Below are positions 1 to 12,854 of a DNA stretch of 19,967 nt, one piece after another. The notes under the pieces are model-generated. The model did no database searches and had not been told where the DNA came from. It saw only the letters and a list, made by a program, of their open reading frames with translations. The stretch spans positions 1-19,967 of the forward strand of contig JBFXLE010000021.1 of assembly GCA_050173015.1 (NCBI GenBank). Direction: 5' to 3'. The stretch is from Calditrichaceae bacterium. GTDB lineage: Bacteria; Calditrichota; Calditrichia; Calditrichales; JBFXGD01. The position numbers and the translations under genes were made by a program. How positions within the stretch are numbered: the first letter of the stretch is position 1; each line of letters begins with the position of its first letter.

Positions 1-12
1 AAAAAACAATAG

Positions 13-3768
<3,756 letters not shown>

Positions 3769-3791
3769 CACCAGACAGGCAGGATATAGAT

Positions 3792-6629
3792 ATGAGCAAA
3801 CAAGAGAGTTTATTTAAGACAAAGGTCGTTCCCGGCAAACCGGGCAGCGGCAACCTTTTTGATGAAGAAATTGTGTTCAATGACGGACCGGTGAAATGCC
3901 TTGGTCTGGAATTTGAAAACGACGACGCCCGGCGTGCCCACTTTACGGAGGAACTTCGCCAAAAGCTGCAGGACCCGGAATTCCGCAAGATTGAAGGTTT
4001 CCCGATCGGAGAAGATGAGGACATCCTAAAACTGAGCGATCCGCCTTATTATACCGCTTGTCCGAACCCATGGATTGCTGACTTTATTGCCAATTGGGAA
4101 AGCCAGAAGCCAGAAAAGCCAGCGGATTTTCACTATCACCGGGAGCCATTTGCTACGGATGTGACTGAAGGGAAATATGACCCAATTTATAAGTATCATC
4201 CATATCCTACAAAAGTTCCGCATAAAGCAATCATGCGTTACATTCTCCATTATACCGAGCCTGGCGATATCGTTTTTGACGGATTCTGTGGCACTGGTAT
4301 GACAGGTGTTGCAGCTCAAATGTGTGGTAACCCCGAGGTAATAACTGCACTTGGATACCAGATAAACAAAGACGGCACTATTCTACGAGAAGACACCGAT
4401 GACTCTGGGAAAAAAACATGGGTTCCTTTCTCGAAACTCGGTAAAAGACGTGCTGTTCTAAATGATTTGTCAACAGCAGGTTCTTTCGTTTCCTATAACT
4501 ATAACACTCCTAGTAATATTGTATCCTTTGAGGCAACTGCAAACAAGTTGCTCAAGCAGATCGAAAACGAACTCCATTGGATGTATGCGACTAAACATAC
4601 AGATGGGCGTAAAGGCACAATTAATTATACAGTTTGGTCGGATGTATTTGTCTGCCAAGAATGTTCAGAGGAGATTGTGTTTTGGGAGACCGCTGTTGAT
4701 AAAGATGCTGGAAAGGTTAAGGATGAGTTTCTGTGTCCAAACTGCCAAGCCTCATTGACTAAAAGAAGCCTAGAGCGAGCTTGGACAACCGTTTTCGATC
4801 CAATGCTAAAAGAAACATTAAGACAATCTAAGCAAGTTCCAGTTTTGATAAACTATTCTGTTGGTTCTTCTCGTTTTGAAAAAAAACCTGACAATGATGA
4901 TTTGGAAACGATAAAAAAGATTGAGGAAACCGATATTTCGTGTTGGTTCCCATCAGAGAGAATGATTCACGGCAAAGAGACTCGTCGAAATGATCCTTCG
5001 GGATTGACGCACGTTCATCACTTTTATACGAAGCGAAATCTATACATTCTAGCTAAGTTAAAATCTTTATCGCCATCAGCGAAATTCAATCTGCTGATTA
5101 CCAAGGTCTCGTTTCAAATTACAAAGCTTTACCGTTTCACTTATCAAAGTGGAGTATGGGGCGCAGGAGGAGGCCCATTGTCTGGCACCCTCTATGTTCC
5201 ATCACTAATAAAAGAGCTCAACATCCTTAAACAGATAAAGAGTGCTTTGAAGCAAAGAAAAGGCATTTCCTTCCCAAAGGAATTTGGTTTTTTTGTAGGA
5301 TCAACTCAATCAAGTTCATCGCTGCCGGTTTTGCCTGATAATAGTCTTGACTATATTTTCATCGATCCACCATTTGGTGCAAATCTGTATTATTCCGAAT
5401 TGGCTTTTTTGTGGGAGTCATGGCTGCAAGTGTTGATGAACAACAAGGAAGAGGCCATTGAGAATGACGCTCAAGGTAAAGGGCTTGATGACTACAGATA
5501 TATGATGCAGAAATGTTTCTCTGAGGCATATAGGATTCTTAAGCCCGGAAGTTGGATGACTATTGAGTTTTCTAACACTAAAGCTTCTGTCTGGAATAGT
5601 ATTCAAGTTGCACTAACAGAGGCAGGATTTATTGTCGCGAATGTTTCTGCCTTGGATAAAAAGAAAGGCAGTTTTAAAGCAGTTACAACGCCAACAGCTG
5701 TTAAACAAGATCTTGTTATTTCAGCCTACAAACCAAACGGTGGATTCGAGGCGCGTTTCGAACAGGAGGCCCAGACCGAAGAAGGAGTTTGGGACTTCAT
5801 TCGCACTCACTTGAAATATCTGCCAGTTACTAAAAAACTGGGATTGGACCTCATTTCAATACCTGAACGCGATCCACGAATCCTATATGATCAAGTGATC
5901 TCCTATTACGTGCGCAAAGGCTACAACGTTCCCATCGATAGTCAGGAGTTTCAGCTTGGCTTGTCCCAGCGTTTTTCCGAGCGTGACGGCATGTATTTCC
6001 TGCCGGAGCAGGTAGCGGAATACGATCGTAAAAAAATGATCGGTGGCGGAAGACCGCTACAGCAGTCGCTATTTATTTCCGATGAAGCATCGGCCATCGA
6101 ATGGCTTCGCAGCCTGTTGCGTGACAAACCACAAAGTTTTCAGGATATCAATCCTCTGTTCATGAAGGAGATCGGCGGCTGGAGTAAAAACGAGGTCAGC
6201 TTGGAACTCTCCACTCTGCTGGAGCAGAACTTTCTACCCTATCACGGCCAAGGTCCGGTCCCTGACCAGATCCACAGCTACCTCTCCACCAACTGGAAGG
6301 ATATGCGTAACCTTGCTAAGGACGACCCGGCACTAATAGCCAAAGCCCAAGGCCGCTGGTATGTGCCCGACCCCAACAAGGCGGGTGACTTGGAGAAACT
6401 GCGTGAAAAAGCCCTTCTGAAAGAGTTTGAAGAATACAAGCAGGCTAAAAAGAAACTCAAAATATTCCGCCTCGAAGCGGTCCGTACTGGATTCAAGAAA
6501 GCCTGGCATGAGCGCGACTACGGCGTCATCATTGCCGTCGCCGACAAGATTCCGAACAACGTCCTGGAAGAAGATCCAAAACTACTCATGTGGTACGACC
6601 AGGCGGTAACAAGAATGGGAGGAGTATAA
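3792..6629 (+). CDS. pglXI: BREX-3 amino-methyltransferase PglXI (N6-adenine/N4-cytosine type), 945 aa
   Basis: SAM-binding motif I FDGFCGTG (4275-4298) precedes catalytic motif IV DPPF (5364-5375). Also a YPTKVPH motif and a CQEC...CPNC zinc-finger-like insert. AGGA ribosome-binding site at 3781-3784. Confidence 0.88.
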   Translation: MSKQESLFKTKVVPGKPGSGNLFDEEIVFNDGPVKCLGLEFENDDARRAHFTEELRQKLQDPEFRKIEGFPIGEDEDILKLSDPPYYTACPNPWIADFIANWESQKPEKPADFHYHREPFATDVTEGKYDPIYKYHPYPTKVPHKAIMRYILHYTEPGDIVFDGFCGTGMTGVAAQMCGNPEVITALGYQINKDGTILREDTDDSGKKTWVPFSKLGKRRAVLNDLSTAGSFVSYNYNTPSNIVSFEATANKLLKQIENELHWMYATKHTDGRKGTINYTVWSDVFVCQECSEEIVFWETAVDKDAGKVKDEFLCPNCQASLTKRSLERAWTTVFDPMLKETLRQSKQVPVLINYSVGSSRFEKKPDNDDLETIKKIEETDISCWFPSERMIHGKETRRNDPSGLTHVHHFYTKRNLYILAKLKSLSPSAKFNLLITKVSFQITKLYRFTYQSGVWGAGGGPLSGTLYVPSLIKELNILKQIKSALKQRKGISFPKEFGFFVGSTQSSSSLPVLPDNSLDYIFIDPPFGANLYYSELAFLWESWLQVLMNNKEEAIENDAQGKGLDDYRYMMQKCFSEAYRILKPGSWMTIEFSNTKASVWNSIQVALTEAGFIVANVSALDKKKGSFKAVTTPTAVKQDLVISAYKPNGGFEARFEQEAQTEEGVWDFIRTHLKYLPVTKKLGLDLISIPERDPRILYDQVISYYVRKGYNVPIDSQEFQLGLSQRFSERDGMYFLPEQVAEYDRKKMIGGGRPLQQSLFISDEASAIEWLRSLLRDKPQSFQDINPLFMKEIGGWSKNEVSLELSTLLEQNFLPYHGQGPVPDQIHSYLSTNWKDMRNLAKDDPALIAKAQGRWYVPDPNKAGDLEKLREKALLKEFEEYKQAKKKLKIFRLEAVRTGFKKAWHERDYGVIIAVADKIPNNVLEEDPKLLMWYDQAVTRMGGV

Positions 6630-7975
6630 TGCCAAATTGTGGGCAATTGACCTGGAAGGCAAAAGACGTTCAATCGCTCAACAGACCACACGACAACGAG
6701 GAGCTCTGGAATTTTGCCAAAGGATGGATTCGTAGGTTTAGCGAGACAGATGAGAGTAATGTTTCAGAAAAGCTTATTTACCTTTGGGTTACGGTCAATG
6801 CCTGGGCGTCGAAGAGTGTTCCGGACTTAAGCCGAAACCACGAAGATGCTTATCTAGTACATTGCATGGCCAAAGACAAAGCCTTGTCTGAGCGTTTCGA
6901 TAAACTTAATCAAGTCGAGACAGAATTCCGCGACACTGTTAAATCCTTTATGAATCTGGCTCCGGTCTTTCAGGCTCTATGGTTGAATAATAATGGAATC
7001 GGGCCATGGAATATTGTTGATGATCGTAAAACATATGTCAAAAAAGTTATTAAACGCGATCCATTTATTATTTTACTTAGAGAAGATGGAGAAAAACGGT
7101 TTCCAGTTTTTGCTCCAGCATGCGCTTTAGATCATCTTCAGGCTGGCGAACCCATACCCGCCGATTGGCCTCATTTGATTTCTATGATTTACCAGGTTCG
7201 TTGCAATTTGTTCCATGGAGGAAAAAATTACAATAGGGATTCTGATCGAAAGTTCATCGAACTAGCCTACAAGATTCTCTGGGAGGTATGGAAGGATGAA
7301 TTACCTCCAAACGTCCTTCCAAACAAATTGCCATGGGTCAGAGTTTTGATTAGAAGCGGATTTATGATCCAATCTGCAGACGATAGAAATATCTCTCTCG
7401 GGGAAGAAATAGACCAGAATGTAGAATATCTAAAGGAAATTGTTAATTATGGGCGTTTTGGGACGGTTGAAGATAAGATGTTCACGCCAGCAGATAACCA
7501 TATTGAGGAAAGCGTTTGGCTAAATGCAGTTGCATCATGCCATGGGGGGGCTGAAGGTGGCACAGCGGACGAACTCCCTATCATGGATCCGTTCATGGCA
7601 GGCCTAATTAGGTGGTTGAACCTTGTTGGAATCCAGACTACATTCAGTTGTGACGGTCACGGTCGTATCCCGGCCCAAATGGAATGCGTTGACGTAAACT
7701 CTGCTCACAAAGCAGCGTGTATTTTGAATTTTTCAGGACGGCAATTCCGGCAGCAAGGCCGACGGGTCTTCATTGTTCCAGGCCAAGAATACTATAGTCG
7801 GGGCAACTCAAACTCCAATGTTAGGCATCTTCTTGACGTCGCCGAATGGCTGTATTCCAACCAAAGTCAATTGTCATCCACCGTACAGTTATTGGGTAAC
7901 ATCAGCCCTCTGTTAGCATCTCGCTCTGATCCGGTGAATCACCACCGACGCCACGAAAACCGGCGGGGAAGATAA
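6629..7975 (+). CDS. Accessory two-domain protein: N-terminal HEPN-like (RxxxxH) domain plus C-terminal SCDGHG domain of unknown function, 448 aa
   Basis: Start reassigned from 6590 to ATG 6629, which overlaps the pglXI stop (TAATG) and follows GGAGGAG at 6618-6624. IYQVRCNLFHGGK (RCNLFH at 7199-7216) plus upstream LIYLWVTVNAW resemble HEPN-family motifs. C-terminal part has DPFMAGLIRWLNLVGIQTTFSCDGHG. Confidence 0.7.
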   Translation: MPNCGQLTWKAKDVQSLNRPHDNEELWNFAKGWIRRFSETDESNVSEKLIYLWVTVNAWASKSVPDLSRNHEDAYLVHCMAKDKALSERFDKLNQVETEFRDTVKSFMNLAPVFQALWLNNNGIGPWNIVDDRKTYVKKVIKRDPFIILLREDGEKRFPVFAPACALDHLQAGEPIPADWPHLISMIYQVRCNLFHGGKNYNRDSDRKFIELAYKILWEVWKDELPPNVLPNKLPWVRVLIRSGFMIQSADDRNISLGEEIDQNVEYLKEIVNYGRFGTVEDKMFTPADNHIEESVWLNAVASCHGGAEGGTADELPIMDPFMAGLIRWLNLVGIQTTFSCDGHGRIPAQMECVDVNSAHKAACILNFSGRQFRQQGRRVFIVPGQEYYSRGNSNSNVRHLLDVAEWLYSNQSQLSSTVQLLGNISPLLASRSDPVNHHRRHENRRGR

Positions 7976-7977
7976 CC

Positions 7978-10863
7978 GTGACATCACCCTGGCAATACAG
8001 CACCGTTCATAACAGCGCCTGCAAGGTTATCGAGGAACAGACCTTGTGGGGGCAGACAATTTGCCTTGTCTGGTTACCGAACCTGGAAGCGGTAGTGCGT
8101 GTGCCCCGCTCCATCCTGCGGCCGCTGAATGCCGACTTACAGCCGGAGATCGAGGCCGGACGTATTGCCTATGTGGCCGCCGCCGCCAAGGTGGCCGAAG
8201 TGCTCGAAGGCTCCACAAGCATCTCCGACGACCATGTGCTGTTAGCTCCTATGGAGTCCAACGTCATCCCATTGCCACACCAGATCCACACCTTGTCCCG
8301 GGCCATTTCCGGCGACCGCGTGCGCTATCTGCTGGCCGACGAGGTGGGGCTCGGCAAGACCATCGAGGCCGGTTTGATCATGCGCGAACTAAAGCTGCGC
8401 GGGCTGGTGCGCCGGACACTTGTCGTCTCTCCCAAAGGCATCGCTACCCAGTGGGTGGCGGAAATGCAGACCCACTTCAACGAACGGTTCCAACTCGTGT
8501 TGGGCGACGATATCAGCACATTACAACGACTGGCTCCAGGGGCAGACCAGCGGAGTTCAGCCTGGTCGATGTTCGATCAGGTCATCGTCTCCCTGGATTC
8601 CGTCAAGCCTATGGATAAGCGGCGTGGCTGGACGGCCGAACGCATTGCCGAATACAACCGCAGCCGGTTCGAGGACCTGATTACCGCCGGTTGGGATTTG
8701 GTGGTGGTAGACGAAGCGCACCGTCTGGGTGGCAGCACCGATCAGGTCGCCCGCTACAAACTCGGCAAAGGACTGGCGGAGGCCGCGCCACATTTACTTC
8801 TGCTTTCGGCAACGCCACACCAGGGAAAGACCGATTCCTTCCATCGCCTGTTGAACCTGATGGATGATGATGCCTTCCCGGATATAGACAGCGTCTCCCG
8901 CGACCGGGTAGCCCCATATGTCATTCGCACCGAGAAGCGTAAGGCTATCGATGCCGACGGCAAGCCGCTCTTCAAGCCCCGGCGAACACAGATGGTCCCG
9001 GTGGCTTGGGAGAGCCGCCATCAACTGCAGCGGCTTCTCTACGAGGCAGTGACTGACTACGTGCGTGAGGGTTACAACCAGGCCCTGCGTGAGAAGAAGC
9101 GCCACATCGGATTTCTGATGACTCTGATGCAGCGCCTGGTGGTCTCCAGCACCCGGGCGATCCGAACCACGTTGGAACGGCGGCTCGCCGCACTCAAGGA
9201 TGGGGAACAACAAGCCAGTCTGCGCCTGGCGGAATCTGAGAACGGTAGGGATGGCTCGGAGAACTTCGACGAGCTGTATGATATGGATGGTCAGGAGCTG
9301 CTCGATGAGCTGCTGAAATCCCATGTGTTGGCCCTGCAGAGCGAAGGCGGCCACGTGGAGAGCCTGCTCGATGCGGCGCTTCGCTGTGAGCAGGCCGGAC
9401 CGGACGCCAAAGCCGAGGCGTTGATTGAACGTATCTATATGCTGCAAGCCGAGGAAAACGAACCGGATTTGAAAGTACTGATCTTCACCGAGTTCGTTCC
9501 CACCCAGCAGATGTTGAAGGAATTTCTGGAGGCACGGGGAATCCCGGTGGTCACCCTGAACGGCTCCATGGACATGGAGGAACGTAATCAGGCCCAGGAT
9601 GCTTTCCGCAAATCACATCGAGTGCTGGTCTCCACCGATGCGGGAGGAGAAGGTTTGAACCTGCAGTTCGCCCATGTGATCATCAACTACGACATCCCCT
9701 GGAATCCAATGCGACTGGAGCAGCGGATCGGACGCGTTGATCGTATCGGCCAGACCAGGATAGTGCGGGCCATCAATTTCGTCTTTGAGGATTCGGTCGA
9801 GTTCCGTGTTCGCGAAGTGCTGGAACAGAAGCTCTCGGTGATTTTCGACGAGTTCGGCATCGACAAGACCGGGGATGTGCTCGATTCCGCCCAGGCTGGT
9901 GAACTGTTTGAAGATGTGTTTGCCTCAGCCATCCTTAATCCTGACGGCATCCAAACATCCATCGAACACACGGTGGCCAGGATTCGCGATGAACTCCAGC
10001 AGGTGAGTGAGTCCTCGGCTATTTATGGAAATTCCGGAGAACCGGATTTGCAAACCACCGAGCGTCTGCGTTCTCATCCTCTGCCCCATTGGGTAGAGCG
10101 AATGACGGTTAGTTACCTCAACTCCCACGGGGGGGAGGCGATCCGCAAGCGCTCCTGGTGGGACCTGAAATGGCCGGATGGCCAGGAACACCGCAAAGCC
10201 GTATTCAGCGCCCGGGAAGCGGATCGTCTAACCGACGCAACCCTGCTCAATCTTGAAAACAGTCGCGTCCGTGGTCTTGCCCTGAACCTGCCCCAGGTCG
10301 TGGCAGGTCAGCCATTGCCGTGCGTAACCGTAAGCGGGCTGCCAGCCAGCATCTCCGGACTCTGGGGGCTCTTTGAGATCCGCCTTCAGGCCGGAATGCA
10401 CCAGAAGACACAACTCCTGCGCATCCACATGGTGCGGCGTGGCTATGTCAGCGTGTTTTTGAGCGAGGAAGGCAAACTGTTTCTGCCCACGGCCAGGCAT
10501 ATCTGGGATGCGCTGCAGACTGCGGAAACCGAGGTGAAAGCCACCCTCGGGCAGGATGAATCCCTCATCGCCCATGAGCGTTTGCAGGAAGCAGCCGAAC
10601 AGGCCGGACAGGAGCTGTTCGACACATTGCAGCAGGCGCACATAGTTTCGGTGACCCGGGAAGAAGAACGCGGCATGGTTGCTTTAGCTTCTCGGCGGAA
10701 GGCTATTGAGCGAGTGGGGTTGCCTGAAGTACGCCAGTACCGTCTGGCCCGCTGTGATGCCGAGGAGGCTGAGTGGCGACATGAACTGCAATCAGCGCGG
10801 CAGATCGTTCCGGAAATCCGGTCGCTGCTGATGCTGCGCATCATCAAGGGAGGCGCTCAATGA
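7978..10863 (+). CDS. brxHII: BREX-3 SNF2/RapA-like superfamily 2 helicase BrxHII, 961 aa
   Basis: Motifs LADEVGLGKT (I), VVVDEAH (II), LSAT (III), STDAGGEGLNLQ (V), QRIGRVDRIGQ (VI). GTG start; lies directly before pglZ. Confidence 0.88.
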   Translation: MTSPWQYSTVHNSACKVIEEQTLWGQTICLVWLPNLEAVVRVPRSILRPLNADLQPEIEAGRIAYVAAAAKVAEVLEGSTSISDDHVLLAPMESNVIPLPHQIHTLSRAISGDRVRYLLADEVGLGKTIEAGLIMRELKLRGLVRRTLVVSPKGIATQWVAEMQTHFNERFQLVLGDDISTLQRLAPGADQRSSAWSMFDQVIVSLDSVKPMDKRRGWTAERIAEYNRSRFEDLITAGWDLVVVDEAHRLGGSTDQVARYKLGKGLAEAAPHLLLLSATPHQGKTDSFHRLLNLMDDDAFPDIDSVSRDRVAPYVIRTEKRKAIDADGKPLFKPRRTQMVPVAWESRHQLQRLLYEAVTDYVREGYNQALREKKRHIGFLMTLMQRLVVSSTRAIRTTLERRLAALKDGEQQASLRLAESENGRDGSENFDELYDMDGQELLDELLKSHVLALQSEGGHVESLLDAALRCEQAGPDAKAEALIERIYMLQAEENEPDLKVLIFTEFVPTQQMLKEFLEARGIPVVTLNGSMDMEERNQAQDAFRKSHRVLVSTDAGGEGLNLQFAHVIINYDIPWNPMRLEQRIGRVDRIGQTRIVRAINFVFEDSVEFRVREVLEQKLSVIFDEFGIDKTGDVLDSAQAGELFEDVFASAILNPDGIQTSIEHTVARIRDELQQVSESSAIYGNSGEPDLQTTERLRSHPLPHWVERMTVSYLNSHGGEAIRKRSWWDLKWPDGQEHRKAVFSAREADRLTDATLLNLENSRVRGLALNLPQVVAGQPLPCVTVSGLPASISGLWGLFEIRLQAGMHQKTQLLRIHMVRRGYVSVFLSEEGKLFLPTARHIWDALQTAETEVKATLGQDESLIAHERLQEAAEQAGQELFDTLQQAHIVSVTREEERGMVALASRRKAIERVGLPEVRQYRLARCDAEEAEWRHELQSARQIVPEIRSLLMLRIIKGGAQ

Positions 10864-12854
10864 GTAGCTGGCGAGACGCCATCCTGAATGACTTCGTTCC
10901 CAATGTCAGCAAGCTGACCCTGGTCGCCGATCCGGATTGCCTGCTGACCGAGGAAAAACTGGCTCTTGAATTACGCGGGCGCGGCTTCGACCTGATCGAG
11001 TTCAATGACCCGGTCGAATTCAGATACGCCTATGAGTCCAAATACCGCTCGATCTGGGATCGCGGCGAACATACCGACCTGGTGGTGATTCTCCGCTTGC
11101 AGGATGCCGAGTTAGAATCCCTGCCATACGACCTGCTCCAAGCGGGCCGCAAACTGTCGTTCAATCTGGGGGATCTCTTCCCAACGCTCAGCTATCCGGT
11201 TATCGAGAAGCTCGACCGAAGTCTGCTGGACGCACTTTTCGAGGCCCAGCGCAAGTCGCCGCCGGATCGCATGGGCGATAACGCCACCAAGGATTTCATC
11301 CTCCGCCATGTGTTCGGCATCGCCGCTGAGCTGATAGGGGGCGAGGTCGAACTGCTTCGCGCCTTGCTTCGCCTGCACTATGGGAAGCTTCAAATCCCAC
11401 TGATGCTGGCCGAGCGGCTTATTCAGGTTCTCAAGGGGCATGATGGCTTCAAGGCCTGGCCGCTCTCTGAAATCGTTCCGGACGATGAGGCGTTCTTCGC
11501 CTTTTTGCAGGAACGCTGGCCGCTATTTCTTTCCAGGCTCGGCAGCGCTCATCAGTTACGGGAGGATTCGCCGGAATACGGCCTCAAGTATCCCGGCCCT
11601 GATCGCCTGCCGTTCGACCATCAGGACATCAAGGTCTACATCGACAACCTGTTCCTGGAGGGGAAACTCACCCCCGTCGAGGCCAAAGGCATTGAAGTGG
11701 ATGCCGGGTCCTGGGTTCGAAGCGGCATCGCCATAGCTAGTGTGGATGACGAAGAGTTTCGTGTTTCCCGCCTGTTTGGCCTGGTCCAGAAAGAGCTGCC
11801 CACAGCGGAATCTCGTTACTTTGACTGGACCACCTTTGCGCTGAAATGGGCCGAGCTCTCTTCGCTGGTTTATTGTGGCAGCAGCGCCGAGTATCAGATC
11901 CGGCTCAGGGAAATCGGTGATGTCCTGAACACGACCTTTGCCGGATGGCTGGGTGACCACTATGCCAGCCTGATCAACCTGCCGCCGACAAATTCGGCCA
12001 TGCTACACCATTTGCCACGTCGCATGGCTCGAGATATCGAAGTTTCAGGTAGCAGCCGTACCGCATTGGTCGTGGTCGATGGACTTGCCTTGGATCAGTG
12101 GGTGACCATCCGCCAGCTTTTGCAAAAGCAGGATGCCAATCTGGTCATGCGCGAATCCGCGACCTTCGCCTGGATTCCGACGCTGACCTCGGTATCGAGA
12201 CAATCGATTTTCTCGGGTAAGCCCCCGCTCTATTTTCCGTCATCTATCAACTCAACCAACAGCGAAGAGAAACTATGGAAGCAGTTTTGGGAAGGCCAAG
12301 GCCTGTCTAGGCTGGATGTCGCTTACCAGCGCGGCCTGGGCGACGGCGATGCATCCAGCGTACTTGATTCCGTAATCCATCCCGGTAAAACCAAGGTGGT
12401 GGGGCTGGTCGTGGACAAGGTTGACAAGATCATGCACGGCATGCAACTCGGCTCGGCCGGGATGCACAACCAGATCAAGCAGTGGTGCCAGAGTGGATTT
12501 CTTGGTGCGCTGGTCGGCCAACTGTTGGATTACGGCTATAAAGTCTGGCTTACGTCCGATCATGGCAACACTCAATGTGAGGGCAAAGGCCGCCCATCTG
12601 AGGGGGTGATTGCCGAAACTCGCGGCGAGCGTGTTCGTGTGTACCACACGCCGGATCTCCGCTTTCAGGTTGCTGGGGCCTTCCCGTTTGCGCACGAGTG
12701 GCAGCCGGTCGGATTGCCAGATGACTATTTTCCTCTGGTGGCAGATGGTCGCGCCGCGTTTGTGCAACCAGGGGTGACCATCGTAGGTCATGGGGGTGTA
12801 GCCATCGAAGAAGTCATCGTGCCCCTTGTGAAGTTTGAAAAAAGGACACGATGA
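10860..12854 (+). CDS. pglZ: BREX-3 PglZ, alkaline-phosphatase-superfamily protein, 664 aa
   Basis: C-terminal PglZ signature motifs VVVDGL, IPTLTSVSR, DKIMHG, LTSDHG and HGG...EEVIVP. Confidence 0.93.
   Translation: MSSWRDAILNDFVPNVSKLTLVADPDCLLTEEKLALELRGRGFDLIEFNDPVEFRYAYESKYRSIWDRGEHTDLVVILRLQDAELESLPYDLLQAGRKLSFNLGDLFPTLSYPVIEKLDRSLLDALFEAQRKSPPDRMGDNATKDFILRHVFGIAAELIGGEVELLRALLRLHYGKLQIPLMLAERLIQVLKGHDGFKAWPLSEIVPDDEAFFAFLQERWPLFLSRLGSAHQLREDSPEYGLKYPGPDRLPFDHQDIKVYIDNLFLEGKLTPVEAKGIEVDAGSWVRSGIAIASVDDEEFRVSRLFGLVQKELPTAESRYFDWTTFALKWAELSSLVYCGSSAEYQIRLREIGDVLNTTFAGWLGDHYASLINLPPTNSAMLHHLPRRMARDIEVSGSSRTALVVVDGLALDQWVTIRQLLQKQDANLVMRESATFAWIPTLTSVSRQSIFSGKPPLYFPSSINSTNSEEKLWKQFWEGQGLSRLDVAYQRGLGDGDASSVLDSVIHPGKTKVVGLVVDKVDKIMHGMQLGSAGMHNQIKQWCQSGFLGALVGQLLDYGYKVWLTSDHGNTQCEGKGRPSEGVIAETRGERVRVYHTPDLRFQVAGAFPFAHEWQPVGLPDDYFPLVADGRAAFVQPGVTIVGHGGVAIEEVIVPLVKFEKRTR

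Noticed and set aside
1-12. Possible last codons of brxF (AAA AAA CAA TAG)
   Set aside because: Consistent with BREX-3 gene order but far too short to support a call.
6590-6628. Upstream start given by the ORF track for the HEPN gene (461 aa)
   Set aside because: It overlaps pglXI by 40 nt without a ribosome-binding site; ATG 6629 has GGAGGAG and a TAATG coupling.
4879-10135. Homopolymers (A8 at 4879-4886 in pglXI, G7 at 7544-7550 and 10129-10135) as phase-variation switches
   Set aside because: Short, all genes are in frame, and an equal G7 occurs in lacI (17571-17577).
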